Assembly (NCBI GenBank): GCA_039819545.1
Contig: JBCBRS010000014.1
Span: 5,043 to 69,042 of the forward strand
Origin: Pseudomonadota bacterium
GTDB taxonomy: Bacteria; Pseudomonadota; Alphaproteobacteria; Caulobacterales; Parvularculaceae
Length of the DNA: 64,000 nt
Direction of reading: 5' to 3'
In this document: in pieces, positions 44,743-56,160 of the stretch
How positions within the stretch are numbered: the stretch's first letter is position 1
Layout of the letters: the number at the start of each line of letters is the position of its first letter
Translations under genes and position numbers: made by a program
Notes under the pieces: generated by a model
Databases searched by the model: none
Told to the model about the DNA's origin: nothing
The model's input: only the letters and a program-made list of their open reading frames with translations

Positions 44743-47700
44743 TCATGCCGCAGACTGTTTGTACAGGATACGGATCGCTGGAATTTCCTTATGGGTCATT
44801 TTGAAGGTCTGCCGCAGTGGCGCCTTCAATTGATCAAACACGGCTTGCTCGGCACCCTCATGGGCCTTCGTCTCGATCAGTGAACAGATCCCGGCGAGTT
44901 CACAAGCGCCAATATTCAAGCTCATGGATTTAAGGGCATGGGCGGCCTTTTTGAGTTCTGTGTGATCGTCGGCTTCGAGCGTTTTAACGAGATGCAACAT
45001 CGCTTCGGTTGAGTGGGTCTCAAACAGGTCCAACATCCGATCAATCAGATTGCCGCTACCGGACTGCATTTCAGCGATCTGATCGAGCACGGTACGATCA
45101 AAAAGGTCTCGCGAGGCAATGCTGGTTGAGGGCGATGCGGCGGGTTCCTGTTTGGGCGTTTCCGGTGCTGGTGCTGGTTCATCGACCTTATTTCTTTCTG
45201 GTCCGGTGCTCTTTTTTGTATCGGTTTGTGCTTGCGCGTAGCCGGCCGGTCCGGTCGCAACGATCGGTGGGTCTTCTGTGAGAAGGTCAAAGCTATCATC
45301 ATCAAAATCATCTGAAGAAAAATCCTCTTCATGACTTTCTTGATCACCCTTTTCGTCGGATGCCGAGGCCGTGTGAGGCTGTGTGCCTGATGGTATGATC
45401 GCTTCGTCTTCAGCGGAATCCGCAGCACGTGTTTCGTTGATTTCTGGCGCCGCTTTTTCTAGCTTTGGCTCCAGTTTGGGTTTACGGGTTTTTGACGGCT
45501 GAATATGGTCAAGGAGCGCCTTGACCAAGCTGTCCATGGTAAAGGGCTTGGACAGAAAACTGTTCATGCCGGCTTTCAACCACTCGTCCCCATCGCCAGC
45601 CACATGGGCTGTAAGTGCAATGATCGGCATCTGGGCGCGCAGATTTTCCTTTTCCCATTTGCGGATTTCCCGGGTTGCTTCGTACCCGTCCATATTGGGC
45701 ATGGAGCAATCCATCAGGATCAGATCAAAATACTCATTAGCCACCTTGTCATAGGCTTCGTGTCCATCACAAGCGGTGACAACGTCGATTTCCAGTTTGG
45801 TCAGCGCCTCTTTTACGACCTCGCGGTTGACTGCGCTATCGTCCGCGGCAAGAACACGTTTGCCATAAAATGACAGGGTAGCATCGGCTTTGGCATTCTT
45901 GGTTTCTTTGTAAGCGGTTGCCCCGCGCAATTCGCCTTGCAGAATGCGTTCGACTTGTGTCGCAATAAACCTGCGTGAAAGTGGTTTGATCAACAAGTCT
46001 TCGGCAACGCCCTCTTCAAGAAGGCGGTCAGGCTCGCTATCGCCAAGTTCACTAACGCAAATGCGCGAGGGTACCCATTGATCAACATTGGCGTCGAGGG
46101 ACTGGTGGAACGCGTCGAGGAAAGACGGTGTTGCAAAAATATAATCGGCATACGCCATGTAAGAGGCAATTGGCTCATCGAGGGAGACAATTTGGGGCGT
46201 AATGCCAGCTTCCTGCAGATAACGGGCGAGCATTTTAGGCGTGGCAGAACCTTCAACCGCGAGAATAGCCCGTTTATCGGTTTCGGCGCGGGCAATAGGC
46301 TTGGCTTTGCGCACCACATCCACCGGGATGGCAAAGAAGAATTTCGAGCCTTTCCCTTCAACACTTTGAACCGCGATTTCGCCGCCCATGCGTTGCACCA
46401 GCTTGCTGCAAATCGCCAGACCGAGCCCGGTACCGCCAAACTTGCGGGTCGTGGTTTGGTCTGATTGAGAGAATGCCTCAAAAATCAGCCGTTGCTTATC
46501 GCGGGGAATACCAACGCCAGTATCCGTGACCGAAAATTCCAGAACGCAATCATGTTCGTCTGATGCCACGCGCTTCGCCGCAACAACCACATGGCCTTTT
46601 TTGGTAAATTTCAGCGCATTATTTACAAGGTTCGACAGGATCTGGTTGAGCCGGACCTGATCGCCTTCGACAATTTCCGGAACGTTCGGTGCCACATAGG
46701 CCGTCAGATCAATATCCGATGTTGTTGCTCGCTCCCAGAACAGACCCACCACATCGTCTATAATCTCGCTTGGGTCGATACCAATTTTCTCTAGCTCGAG
46801 GCGTCCGGCCTCAATTTTACTAAAATCCAAAATGTCGTTGATAATCGCGATCAGGGATTGACCAGATTTCACGATCACTTCGGCATAGCGTTTCTGCCGG
46901 GCGTCAAGGTCGCCCTTGCTGAGGAGCTCGGCCATCACCAGCATACCATTCATCGGTGTACGAATTTCATGGCTCATGGTGGCGAGGAAATCGGACTTTG
47001 ACGAGTTGGCCTGTTCGGCATGTTCCTTGGCGAGTTCCAGTTCCTGCGTACGATCGGATACGATTTTGCGAAGATTTTCCTGGTGAGATTTCAACCGAGC
47101 ATCGCGTTCCTGGATCTGATCGAGCATGTCATTGAATGCCTCCACAAGAACGCCGGTTTCGTCATCGCTTGATTTCACCGCGCGTTTTTCGATATCGCCG
47201 GTTTCGCGCACAGAATTCATAATATTCGCCAGATTGCGAATGGGTAAGGCAATCGTCTGCACCATATTCAGGGCAATGATCAATCCGATAAATCCGGCAA
47301 AGAAAGCTGAAACGGTTGCATCGTAGAGAAGCGCTCCAATCCGGTCGAGAAGAGAGCGGGTATCGGTTTGAATAATCAATCGTCCCACGTCGCGATCCCC
47401 AAAGACAATAGGGGCGGCGGAAAAGGCGGTCCGTTTGGTCAGCATGGTCAGTGTATTGACTTCGGTCACTTGACCTTCAGAAAAATTAATACCGTCGTTT
47501 CCAGTTGGGCGAGCCTCACCAGACTGGACGAGGACTTCGCCGGCTGCATCCTCCACCCGCACATAATTGATCGATGGGTATTGACGAATGGCTTTGACAG
47601 ACTGGGTCGTACCGGCGATGTTATCGCTTTCAACATTCATGGCCATAGATGATGCAAAGACGCTGGAGATGGCATCAAGCTCAGCGGTCTTGGCACTGCT

Positions 47701-47832
47701 ATACTGCGAAATTTCGCGCCAGACCGACGTCGTGGTTATAATTGCCACTGCGCAGAAAATTGAAATCACCACAAGCGTTGTCAGCTTGGCGCGCATGCTG
47801 CGCTGATTTTTCAAAATAGAAGTTCGGATCAC
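44743..47832 (-). CDS. Hybrid sensor histidine kinase (TM-sensor-HAMP-HisKA-HATPase-pseudoreceiver/receiver-HPt), 1029 aa
   Basis: [47 protein letters not shown]...DCSMPNMDG and the C-terminal HPt [14 protein letters not shown]. Confidence 0.85.
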   Translation of the reverse strand: MIRTSILKNQRSMRAKLTTLVVISIFCAVAIITTTSVWREISQYSSAKTAELDAISSVFASSMAMNVESDNIAGTTQSVKAIRQYPSINYVRVEDAAGEVLVQSGEARPTGNDGINFSEGQVTEVNTLTMLTKRTAFSAAPIVFGDRDVGRLIIQTDTRSLLDRIGALLYDATVSAFFAGFIGLIIALNMVQTIALPIRNLANIMNSVRETGDIEKRAVKSSDDETGVLVEAFNDMLDQIQERDARLKSHQENLRKIVSDRTQELELAKEHAEQANSSKSDFLATMSHEIRTPMNGMLVMAELLSKGDLDARQKRYAEVIVKSGQSLIAIINDILDFSKIEAGRLELEKIGIDPSEIIDDVVGLFWERATTSDIDLTAYVAPNVPEIVEGDQVRLNQILSNLVNNALKFTKKGHVVVAAKRVASDEHDCVLEFSVTDTGVGIPRDKQRLIFEAFSQSDQTTTRKFGGTGLGLAICSKLVQRMGGEIAVQSVEGKGSKFFFAIPVDVVRKAKPIARAETDKRAILAVEGSATPKMLARYLQEAGITPQIVSLDEPIASYMAYADYIFATPSFLDAFHQSLDANVDQWVPSRICVSELGDSEPDRLLEEGVAEDLLIKPLSRRFIATQVERILQGELRGATAYKETKNAKADATLSFYGKRVLAADDSAVNREVVKEALTKLEIDVVTACDGHEAYDKVANEYFDLILMDCSMPNMDGYEATREIRKWEKENLRAQMPIIALTAHVAGDGDEWLKAGMNSFLSKPFTMDSLVKALLDHIQPSKTRKPKLEPKLEKAAPEINETRAADSAEDEAIIPSGTQPHTASASDEKGDQESHEEDFSSDDFDDDSFDLLTEDPPIVATGPAGYAQAQTDTKKSTGPERNKVDEPAPAPETPKQEPAASPSTSIASRDLFDRTVLDQIAEMQSGSGNLIDRMLDLFETHSTEAMLHLVKTLEADDHTELKKAAHALKSMSLNIGACELAGICSLIETKAHEGAEQAVFDQLKAPLRQTFKMTHKEIPAIRILYKQSAA

Positions 47833-48021
47833 GCCGGCTCACCCACAATTTCGCAGTCGATCCTCCCACCGATCCATCGACCCAGATGTGCCGATTGGGG
47901 AAACTGATCGAGGGTTAAGATGGCGCAAAACCCTTTCGAAACCCTTGATGTGCCGATTTGGAAATACCTTTTTAATGATATCCCCTCATAACGTAATGGT
48001 TAAATTATTTGGGTTAACTCT

Positions 48022-49221
48022 GTGCACGTCACCGACCAACCGCCGCGCCCCGAAGCGCACATTCTGCTCGTTGATGATGATCCCATCATGTGCGAGTTGG
48101 CGGAAAACCGCTTAACCGAAGCTGGCTACCAGGTTCGCGTGGCCCACCACGGCGAAGACGCTATTCGCCTAATGGAAGACCAGGCACCCGATCTCGTCAT
48201 TTCCGACATTGATATGCCGGTTATGGATGGCTTTGCTTTGACCCGGTTTATCCGTGCCTCCAATGCGTTTCATGAAATCCCCGTCATCGTGATTACGGCC
48301 AGTGACCGGGCCGATGTGGCGGGCGATGCCTTCGAGGCGGGGGCCACGTCTTTTCTTGATAAACCGATCAACTGGACACTTTTCTCTCACGCCGTACGGT
48401 TTGTGTTACGCGCCAGCTGGGATCGCAAGGCCCTGCAAGCGGCTAAGGATCAGGCCGAGGCCGGCGCCCGGTTCAAGGATAGCTTGATGTCAGTGATGAG
48501 CCATGAGTTGCGCACCCCGCTCAACGCCATCATTGGTTTCGGTCAATTGCTACGCGAAAAGTTTGACGCAGAGAAAGATCATCTCAACCGGGAATATGCT
48601 GACTACGTGATTGATGGCGGCCGGCGCCTTTTAAACTCTGTATCGGATATGTTGCTGGCCTCTGACGCGCGCTCGGGGCCGATTGCGCTCAATGAAGTTG
48701 ATGTGACCCTTGAAGACATTGTCGACTTAGCGGTCAGCTATGCGCAAAAAGAGATTGAGCTTTCGCACGCGGAGTTGAAAATCAATGTGCAGGATGCGGC
48801 CCTTGAGTTGCGCTGTGATCGCTTGCTGGTCGCGCGAGCGCTTTCCAAGCTGATCGACAATGCAATCAAATTCTCTTCCCACGGCGTGCATATTATGGTC
48901 GCTGCACTGCGCACAAAGGATGGCCGCCTTGCGCTCATCGTTCGGGATAATGGCCCCGGTATCGCAACGGAAAAACTGGCAACAATTTCTGCGCCCTTTA
49001 CGCAATCGGATATGTCGCTGCGCCGCTCGAAAGAGGGTCTTGGTCTTGGCCTACCGCTGGTGAAAGCGATCACGCTCTCCCATGGTGGTAAATTCCACTT
49101 GACGTCACCGCAAGACTATGGGGCGCAAGCGATTATGCTTTTTCCTGAAGACCGGATTGTCTCCGGTGGCTCTCCAATCAATCAGGTGAGTACGGACGAT
49201 ATTCTGCAGGCTACTGGCTAG
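48022..49221 (+). CDS. Receiver-histidine kinase fusion (N-terminal REC, HisKA, HATPase)
   Basis: ILLVDDDPIM...DIDMPVMDG, then LMSVMSHELRTPLNAI, IDNAIKFS and GLGLGLPLV. Confidence 0.85.
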   Translation: MHVTDQPPRPEAHILLVDDDPIMCELAENRLTEAGYQVRVAHHGEDAIRLMEDQAPDLVISDIDMPVMDGFALTRFIRASNAFHEIPVIVITASDRADVAGDAFEAGATSFLDKPINWTLFSHAVRFVLRASWDRKALQAAKDQAEAGARFKDSLMSVMSHELRTPLNAIIGFGQLLREKFDAEKDHLNREYADYVIDGGRRLLNSVSDMLLASDARSGPIALNEVDVTLEDIVDLAVSYAQKEIELSHAELKINVQDAALELRCDRLLVARALSKLIDNAIKFSSHGVHIMVAALRTKDGRLALIVRDNGPGIATEKLATISAPFTQSDMSLRRSKEGLGLGLPLVKAITLSHGGKFHLTSPQDYGAQAIMLFPEDRIVSGGSPINQVSTDDILQATG

Positions 49222-49268
49222 ACTGCGTTTATTTTGTGTTGTCACAAAAACGCAGTCTAGATTTTTTA
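49218..49268 (+). terminator. Strong rho-independent terminator after the REC-HK gene
   Basis: CTAGACTGCGTTT...AAACGCAGTCTAG (13-bp perfect stem, extendable inside) followed by ATTTTTT. Confidence 0.75.
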
Positions 49269-49598
49269 GGGTTCGCGCGTTCAAACCCAAGTCGATGGAT
49301 GGGAACCATCGACGATCACCCTTTTTGTGAACGCGCTCAAAAGGGTTGTGCCGGAACTGCCAATCTCAATGATAAAATATAATCAGTATACAACCCTAAT
49401 AGATTAACCAATCGATACAATTGCGGGCTGCTAATCTTCGCCAGCCTAGGGCGTTTGCCGGTTTGAGACGCCGTTGGCCTAACGCTCACGTCATTTGCCG
49501 GATTTGGCAAAAATTGTCGAAAATGGCTTGATTTCCTCTTTTTCTAATTTACACTACCCAGTGTAGTTTACCCGATAATCTCACTCAGGAGCCAGCCC

Positions 49599-49931
49599 AT
49601 GTCCATCCAAAAATCCACCTTTATGGCGTCGTTGAAAAAATCTGCCATGACCGCAACTGCCGCCGCTTTCGTTTGCTGCGCGGGCGGTCTTTCTGCCATC
49701 CCGTCGGCACAGGCAGCCAGCACCGATGACATGGTCGATATGTGCGTTGACGAAATGGATGCGCGCGCCATCGCGAAAAAGGATGCCTACCGTGCCAAGC
49801 TCAAGAAAATCCGCGGCGGTGGCCTGAAGCGTTTGACCCTTGAGGTCGTGCCCCTGACCAAAGACGGCGCGAAAATGATTGTTGAGTGTCAGGTCCGCGG
49901 CGGCGCGGTTGTTGATCTCATCGTCAAGTAA
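49599..49931 (+). CDS. Small secreted protein of unknown function (110 aa)
   Basis: GGAG lies upstream of the ATG. Signal peptide TATAAAFVCCAGGLSAIPSAQA. Confidence 0.55.
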   Translation: MSIQKSTFMASLKKSAMTATAAAFVCCAGGLSAIPSAQAASTDDMVDMCVDEMDARAIAKKDAYRAKLKKIRGGGLKRLTLEVVPLTKDGAKMIVECQVRGGAVVDLIVK

Positions 49932-49963
49932 AGACACATTCTGTGGGCACACTTTCTGACAGA

Positions 49964-50296
49964 TCAAAGTTTTTCCGAAAGAGCCCTAACCCGGGTGGCC
50001 GCCGCTTCCAGTGTTTCGATGGCGGCGGTCTCGCGGGCAATCTGTGCGGCCATGGTCGCGCCTGTCTGCGCGTTGGCGCTCGCAGCATCACCATCTTTCA
50101 AATCGAAAAGCTCATCACAAACCATCAGTAGGGTGAGCAATAACAGTCTCGTGTCGCCGATTTGGCCCACCTCACCGGCGATCATCTGTAACCGCTCATC
50201 AGCCCAAAAAGCGAGGGTTTGCAAGCGCTCCTCCTGACCAGCGTCACAGGTAACTTTAAAGATCCGTCCATTGATGGTGATGTCGACGGTAGCCAT
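49964..50296 (-). CDS. zapA: Cell division protein ZapA
   Basis: VDITINGRIFKVTCDAGQEERLQTLA...RLLLLTLLMVCDELFDLK fits the ZapA pattern. Confidence 0.8.
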   Translation of the reverse strand: MATVDITINGRIFKVTCDAGQEERLQTLAFWADERLQMIAGEVGQIGDTRLLLLTLLMVCDELFDLKDGDAASANAQTGATMAAQIARETAAIETLEAAATRVRALSEKL

Positions 50297-50339
50297 GGAA
50301 ATCCTCTCACCGGCTCGCGCCGGTTTTTGTTCTGGAGAC

Positions 50340-50564
50340 TTAGTGACCGTTGATCGTGGCCTTTTGACGTAAGGCTTTCACGGCGGCAATGGCTTCGTCC
50401 AGCGATCCAAGCGCAGCGTGCGCCCCGGTGAGTGCTGTCTTGGCCTCGGCTTCAAGGACGATTCGCTCAGCATTATTGCGTGCTACCGGGGCCCGTTCCA
50501 GTTTCGCAGCCAAGTCATCAACGTCGTTGGCAAGCTGTTTTGCGGCGCGTTCTAAAGCTGACAT
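50340..50564 (-). CDS. Small coiled-coil protein upstream of zapA (74 aa)
   Basis: All-helical Ala/Glu/Leu-rich sequence. This position upstream of zapA is commonly occupied in Alphaproteobacteria by a DUF4164-like protein. Confidence 0.55.
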   Translation of the reverse strand: MSALERAAKQLANDVDDLAAKLERAPVARNNAERIVLEAEAKTALTGAHAALGSLDEAIAAVKALRQKATINGH

Positions 50565-50812
50565 TTTCTTTCCTCGCCAAATTTGCGTGCAACGACTACC
50601 TACGCCGTGCGATCGAGCCTTGGACAGCTGTTGAAAATACGCGTTTTGCGTTAAGCCCCAAGCGCTTTTGATTCTCCCTATTCAATGTATCAAGCCGCGC
50701 TCTGACCGCAAGGGCGGCCCGCCCACTTGACCGGCTCTGGCGCGCGGGGCAAGAGACCGTCATATCCCGCGCGCACTTTTTTGCAAAAGGCTCTGGCCTT
50801 GAAAGAAAATCA

Positions 50813-52813
50813 ATGTCGAATGCTTCGCCCGCCGCCACCCTCTCCATGATGAGCCAGGAACGCCAGATGGCAAATGCCATAAGAGCGCTCGCCATGGATG
50901 CGGTGGAAAAAGCCAAATCCGGCCATCCGGGAATGCCAATGGGCATGGCTGATGTGGCAACGGTTCTTTTTACAAAATTCATGAAGGTTGATGCCGCTGA
51001 CCCAGGCTGGGCCGATCGTGATCGCTTTGTGCTGTCTGCCGGTCATGGTTCCATGCTGCTCTATGCGCTGCACTATTTGCTCGGTTATCCGGGCATGCCG
51101 CTCGATGCGATCAAATCTTTCCGTCAACTGGGTGCGGCCACGGCAGGTCATCCGGAATATGGTCACGCGCCGGGGATCGAAACCACCACCGGGCCATTGG
51201 GTCAGGGGCTGGCCAACGCGGTGGGCATGGCCATGGCGGAGGCGCATCTGTCGGCCCGGTATGGTGATGATCTCGTCGATCATCGCACCTATGTCATCGC
51301 GGGCGATGGCTGCCTCATGGAAGGCATTTCGCAGGAGGCGATTGCGCTTGCGGGACACTTGAAGCTTCGTAAGCTGATCGTTCTGTGGGATGACAACAAC
51401 ATTTCCATTGATGGGCCGGTGAGCCTGTCTGACAGTACCGATCAACTGCAACGGTTTGAGGCCTCCGGTTGGGTAACGTCGCGCATTGACGGCCATGACC
51501 CTGTTGCGATTGAAGAGGCACTGACGCGCGCGCAGGATGCGGATCGGCCTGTCCTTATTGCTTGTCGCACGACCATCGGTTTCGGAGCCCCCACCAAGGC
51601 CGGAACGTCTTCCAGCCACGGCTCCCCCTTAGGCGCCGAGGAGGTTGCCGGTGCGCGCGCGGCACTGGGCTGGTCCCACGGCCCCTTTGAAGTGCCGGAC
51701 GAGATTTTAACGCCTTGGCGGGCTGCCGGGAAAAAGGCCGGGGCCGCCCACAAAGCGTGGCGCGCCCGTCTTGATGGCTCTACCATGAAGCAGGCCTTCG
51801 AGGAGGCGCATACGGATGATGTGGGCGCGCTTCTCGACGATGCGCTTGCTGGTTTCAAGGCGGATATTGTAAAAGATCACCCCAAAGTTGCCACGCGCAA
51901 AGCGTCCGAAATGGTACTGGAGGTGATCAATGAAACGCTGAGCATGACCCTCGGGGGCTCGGCTGATCTGACAGGCTCTAACAATACAAAGACAAAGGCA
52001 CTGACGCCGTTTAGTGCCGATGATTATGCTGGCCGCTATGTCTATTACGGTATTCGCGAACACGGCATGGCGGCGGCCATGAATGGCATGGCGCTCCATG
52101 GTGGTATCATTCCCTATGGCGGCACATTTATGGTGTTTACGGATTATTGCCGTCCTGCCATTCGCCTGTCAGCTTTGATGGGTGTCCGCACCATTTATGT
52201 GATGACGCACGATTCTATTGGTCTTGGTGAAGACGGACCCACACACCAACCGGTTGAGCAGCTGGCAGCGTTACGCGCGATCCCCAATTGCCATGTTTAT
52301 CGTCCCGCCGACGTGATTGAGACGGCAGAATGCTGGCAACTGGCGCTGACGAGCCCAAACACGCCATCAATCCTTGCGCTCACCCGGCAGGGTTTGGCGC
52401 CCGCCCGCCTTGACGCGACGCCCGGTAATCTGTGTGCACGCGGCGCCTATGTGATTGCGGATGCACCGGACCATCAACTCACTGTGTTTGCCAGCGGCTC
52501 TGAACTTGAGTTGGCCCTGAAGGCCCAGGCAAGCCTTGCCTGCGATGCCATACGCGCCCGCGTTGTATCAGTGCCTTGCATGGAGCGCTTCGTCGATCAG
52601 CCTGCGGCGTACCGCGAGACAATACTCGATGATTGCCCCCGTATCGCGGTGGAGGCAGGCTTGCGGCAAGGGTGGGACGCAATTTTGCGGCCCGATGACG
52701 GTTTTGTGGGCATGACTGGATTTGGCGCGTCCGGTCCGGCACCTGATTTATTCGACCATTATGGAATTACCGCTGACGCCGTCGTGGCGATGGCGAAAGC
52801 ACGCCTCGCGTAG
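50813..52813 (+). CDS. tkt: Transketolase
   Basis: [34 protein letters not shown], and the [16 protein letters not shown] motif. Confidence 0.95.
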   Translation: MSNASPAATLSMMSQERQMANAIRALAMDAVEKAKSGHPGMPMGMADVATVLFTKFMKVDAADPGWADRDRFVLSAGHGSMLLYALHYLLGYPGMPLDAIKSFRQLGAATAGHPEYGHAPGIETTTGPLGQGLANAVGMAMAEAHLSARYGDDLVDHRTYVIAGDGCLMEGISQEAIALAGHLKLRKLIVLWDDNNISIDGPVSLSDSTDQLQRFEASGWVTSRIDGHDPVAIEEALTRAQDADRPVLIACRTTIGFGAPTKAGTSSSHGSPLGAEEVAGARAALGWSHGPFEVPDEILTPWRAAGKKAGAAHKAWRARLDGSTMKQAFEEAHTDDVGALLDDALAGFKADIVKDHPKVATRKASEMVLEVINETLSMTLGGSADLTGSNNTKTKALTPFSADDYAGRYVYYGIREHGMAAAMNGMALHGGIIPYGGTFMVFTDYCRPAIRLSALMGVRTIYVMTHDSIGLGEDGPTHQPVEQLAALRAIPNCHVYRPADVIETAECWQLALTSPNTPSILALTRQGLAPARLDATPGNLCARGAYVIADAPDHQLTVFASGSELELALKAQASLACDAIRARVVSVPCMERFVDQPAAYRETILDDCPRIAVEAGLRQGWDAILRPDDGFVGMTGFGASGPAPDLFDHYGITADAVVAMAKARLA

Positions 52814-52823
52814 GGAGACAATC

Positions 52824-53834
52824 ATGACACTGAAAATTGGCATCAACGGCTTTGGCCGCATCGGGCGCCTGGCCCTGCGTTCCATGATCGAGCATCAGCG
52901 CGATGGTATCGAAGTTGTGGCCATCAACGATTTGGGGCCGGTGGAAACCAATGCTCATTTGATGCGCTATGATTCAGTGCACGGCCGGTTTGGTCACGAT
53001 GTTAATGTCAATGGCGATGAAATTGATGTGGGTAAAGGGCCCATCAAGGTGCTTGCCGAGCGTGACCCCAGCAAGCTGCCCTGGGGTGACATGGGCGTCG
53101 ATATCGTTTTTGAATGTACGGGCATTTTTGCAGACAAAGAAAAAGCGTCTGCGCACCTTGCGGGCGGTGCAAAACGCGTGCTGGTTTCTGCGCCTGCGAA
53201 AAACGCAGATAAAACCATCGTCTATGGTGTCAATCATGACACTCTTGGCGCGGATGATGTTGTGGTCTCAAACGCATCCTGCACAACCAATTGTCTCGCG
53301 CCGATTGCGAAGGTTTTGCACGACACGGTGGGTATTGAGCGCGGTTATATGACGACCATCCATGCCTATACCGGGGATCAGCCGACCCTTGATACGATGC
53401 ACAAGGACTTGTACCGAGCCCGCGCGGCGGCGTCTTCCATGATCCCGACGTCAACCGGGGCGGCCAAGGCTGTGGGGCTTGTTTTACCTGCGCTCAACGG
53501 AAAGCTTGATGGGTCATCAATCCGTGTACCAACGCCTAACGTCTCCGTCGTGGATCTGGTCTTCACACCGACACGGGATACAACCGTCGAAGAGATCAAT
53601 GGTGCCATGATTGCGGCGGCCTCGAAGGGCCCGCTCAAAGGTGTGCTCGGCGTGACCGACGCGCCGCTTGTCTCGCTCGATTTCAACCATGATCCGCATT
53701 CTTCGACTTTCGCGTTACCGCAAACGCAGATCCTCGAGGGGAAACTGGTGCGTGTCCTGTCCTGGTATGACAATGAGTGGGGCTTTTCCACCCGCATGAC
53801 CGATACCGCGTTTGAAATGGCAAAATATCTGTAA
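52824..53834 (+). CDS. gap: Glyceraldehyde-3-phosphate dehydrogenase
   Basis: [24 protein letters not shown] (catalytic Cys) and WYDNEWGFS. Confidence 0.95.
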   Translation: MTLKIGINGFGRIGRLALRSMIEHQRDGIEVVAINDLGPVETNAHLMRYDSVHGRFGHDVNVNGDEIDVGKGPIKVLAERDPSKLPWGDMGVDIVFECTGIFADKEKASAHLAGGAKRVLVSAPAKNADKTIVYGVNHDTLGADDVVVSNASCTTNCLAPIAKVLHDTVGIERGYMTTIHAYTGDQPTLDTMHKDLYRARAAASSMIPTSTGAAKAVGLVLPALNGKLDGSSIRVPTPNVSVVDLVFTPTRDTTVEEINGAMIAAASKGPLKGVLGVTDAPLVSLDFNHDPHSSTFALPQTQILEGKLVRVLSWYDNEWGFSTRMTDTAFEMAKYL

Positions 53835-53854
53835 GCTGATGAAAGAGGATTTTA

Positions 53855-55054
53855 GTGGCCAGCTATAGAACGCTCGATGACTTAGGCGATTGCGCCGGAA
53901 AACGTGTTCTTGTGCGTGTGGACTTTAACGTCCCCATGGATGAGATCGGGCGGGTAAGTGACGGTACCCGTATCGAGCGCGCTGCACCAACTATTCGTAC
54001 CCTGAGCGAAAAGGGGGCCAAAGTAATTCTGCTTTCGCATTTTGGTCGACCAAAAGGCGACCCGCGCCCGGATATGTCTTTGCAACTTGTTAGCGTGGCG
54101 GCGGCCCGCGTGCTTGACGCCAGGGTGGCGTTTGCGCCCGACTGCGTGGGCGACATTGCAGCGGAGGCGATTGCCCGCCTCGGCGACGGCGACATTATCT
54201 TGATGGAGAATACCCGTTTCCATGCGGCCGAGGAAAGTAATGATGCGGATTTTGCCGCTGCTCTCGCCGCGACCGGCGATCTCTTCGTCAATGATGCCTT
54301 TTCGGCGGCGCACCGGGCCCATGCATCGACCGAAGGGGTGACGCGGTATCTGCCTGCATTTGCCGGGCGGGCCATGGAGCAAGAGCTGACGTATCTGGAG
54401 GCGGCTCTTGCCCATCCTAAACGCCCAATGATGGCGGTTGTGGGCGGGGCCAAGGTTTCCTCAAAGATCGAACTCCTCCTGAACCTGATTACCAAGGCTG
54501 ATATGCTGGTCGTTGGTGGCGGGATGGCCAATACGTTTCTTTTTGCCCAGGGCCATAGCGTTGGAAAATCCTTGTGCGAACCAACGCTTGCCGATACCGC
54601 CCGCGAAATCCTCGCGCAAGCAAGCGCCGCCAAGTGCGAGATCATCCTGCCCGTGGATGCGGTTGTCGGTGGCGCGTTCAAGGCTGACGCGCCAAGCCGC
54701 ACGGTGGCGATCGACGCCATTGAGGCTGACGATATGGTGCTTGATCTGGGCCCTGACAGTGTTGATCGCATCGCTGCGAAGATGGCGACTGCCCGGACGC
54801 TGGTCTGGAATGGGCCGTTGGGCGCATTTGAAATTCGGCCCTTTGACACTGCAACAGTGGAGGCGGCGCGCTTCGCCGCCGGTCTGGTGGGCAAGGGCAC
54901 ACTAACGGCTGTGGCTGGCGGCGGTGATACGGTTGCCGCACTCAATCATGCCAGGGTCGCCGATGATTTCACCTACCTGTCCACGGCGGGCGGGGCCTTT
55001 CTGGAATGGCTGGAGGGTAAGACCCTGCCCGGCGTCAAGGCATTGGAATACTGA
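53855..55054 (+). CDS. pgk: Phosphoglycerate kinase
   Basis: [20 protein letters not shown] and the hinge/ATP segments GGAKVSSKI and GGGDT. Confidence 0.95.
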   Translation: MASYRTLDDLGDCAGKRVLVRVDFNVPMDEIGRVSDGTRIERAAPTIRTLSEKGAKVILLSHFGRPKGDPRPDMSLQLVSVAAARVLDARVAFAPDCVGDIAAEAIARLGDGDIILMENTRFHAAEESNDADFAAALAATGDLFVNDAFSAAHRAHASTEGVTRYLPAFAGRAMEQELTYLEAALAHPKRPMMAVVGGAKVSSKIELLLNLITKADMLVVGGGMANTFLFAQGHSVGKSLCEPTLADTAREILAQASAAKCEIILPVDAVVGGAFKADAPSRTVAIDAIEADDMVLDLGPDSVDRIAAKMATARTLVWNGPLGAFEIRPFDTATVEAARFAAGLVGKGTLTAVAGGGDTVAALNHARVADDFTYLSTAGGAFLEWLEGKTLPGVKALEY

Positions 55055-55110
55055 TTGGGGTAAGGACTGTCCTGAAACCGTAAAAGAACAAAGCTCACTG
55101 GGAGGGCGCC

Positions 55111-56160
55111 ATGAATATTGACACACTAAACGATATCGCCGTGCGCATGGTCGCGCCGGGTAAGGGTATTCTGGCGGCGGATGAATCCACCGGCACCATC
55201 AAGAAACGGTTCGACACGATCAATGTGCCGTCAACGGATGAAACGCGTCGTGATTATCGCGAGATGTTGTTTCGCAGCGATGACGCCATGCGTGACCATA
55301 TTTCCGGGGTGATCCTGTTTGACGAAACCCTGCGCCAGAACGCCGCCGACGGCACACCGCTGGTCAAGCTGATCGAGGCGGCGGGTTCCATCCCCGGTAT
55401 CAAGGTTGATAAGGGCGCCAAGGCGATCACCGGGTTCCCGGGCGAGACGGTGACCGAAGGGCTCGACGGTTTGCGCGGGCGCCTTGCTGAGTATCACGAT
55501 CTCGGCGCGCGCTTTGCCAAATGGCGAGCCGTTATCGATATCGGGGCACAGCAGGGACCGTGCGGCGGCTATCAAATTCCAACCCGATATTGCATTGCCG
55601 CCAATGCGCAAGCGTTGGCGCGATATGCCGCCCTTTGCCAGGATGCGGGTATTGTGCCGATTGTGGAACCGGAAGTCCTGATGGACGGGGACCACGATAT
55701 TGACCGCTGTTTTGAAGTGACCCACGCAACGCTTAGCGCGCTTTACGCTGCCCTCTATGATGCGCGTGTTGTGCTGGAAGGCACCATCCTGAAACCAAAT
55801 ATGGTCATCGCGGGAAAAAAAGCCACGAAACAGGCGGGTACTGAGGAAATTGCAGAAAAAACCGTGCGGTGTTTCCGCCAAACCGTGCCTGCGGCGGTTC
55901 CGGGTATCGTCTTTTTGTCCGGTGGTCAGTCAGAGCACGAGGCAACCGAGAACCTCAACACCATCAATGCGAATTATCAGGGCCAGATGCCGTGGAAAAT
56001 CTCGTTTTCTTATGGCCGCGCGCTGCAAGCTGGGGCGCTGCAAGCTTGGAGCGGCAAAGCTGAGAACCGGGCGGCAGGGGCGGCGGCTTTTGCGCACAGG
56101 GCACGGATGAACGGGCTTGCTCAAAAGGGGGAATGGGGCGCATCCTTGGAAAATGGCTGA
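55111..56160 (+). CDS. fba: Class I fructose-bisphosphate aldolase
   Basis: GKGILAADESTGT, LLKPNMV-type Schiff-base lysine region (TILKPNMVIAG), FLSGGQSE and SFSYGRALQ. Confidence 0.9.
   Translation: MNIDTLNDIAVRMVAPGKGILAADESTGTIKKRFDTINVPSTDETRRDYREMLFRSDDAMRDHISGVILFDETLRQNAADGTPLVKLIEAAGSIPGIKVDKGAKAITGFPGETVTEGLDGLRGRLAEYHDLGARFAKWRAVIDIGAQQGPCGGYQIPTRYCIAANAQALARYAALCQDAGIVPIVEPEVLMDGDHDIDRCFEVTHATLSALYAALYDARVVLEGTILKPNMVIAGKKATKQAGTEEIAEKTVRCFRQTVPAAVPGIVFLSGGQSEHEATENLNTINANYQGQMPWKISFSYGRALQAGALQAWSGKAENRAAGAAAFAHRARMNGLAQKGEWGASLENG

Noticed and set aside
49932-50812. 6S RNA (ssrS) near zapA, as in many Proteobacteria
   Set aside because: Only 32 nt separate zapA from the convergent downstream gene. 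The 250-bp region upstream of the zapA operon shows no long imperfect hairpin with a central bubble that I could recognise.
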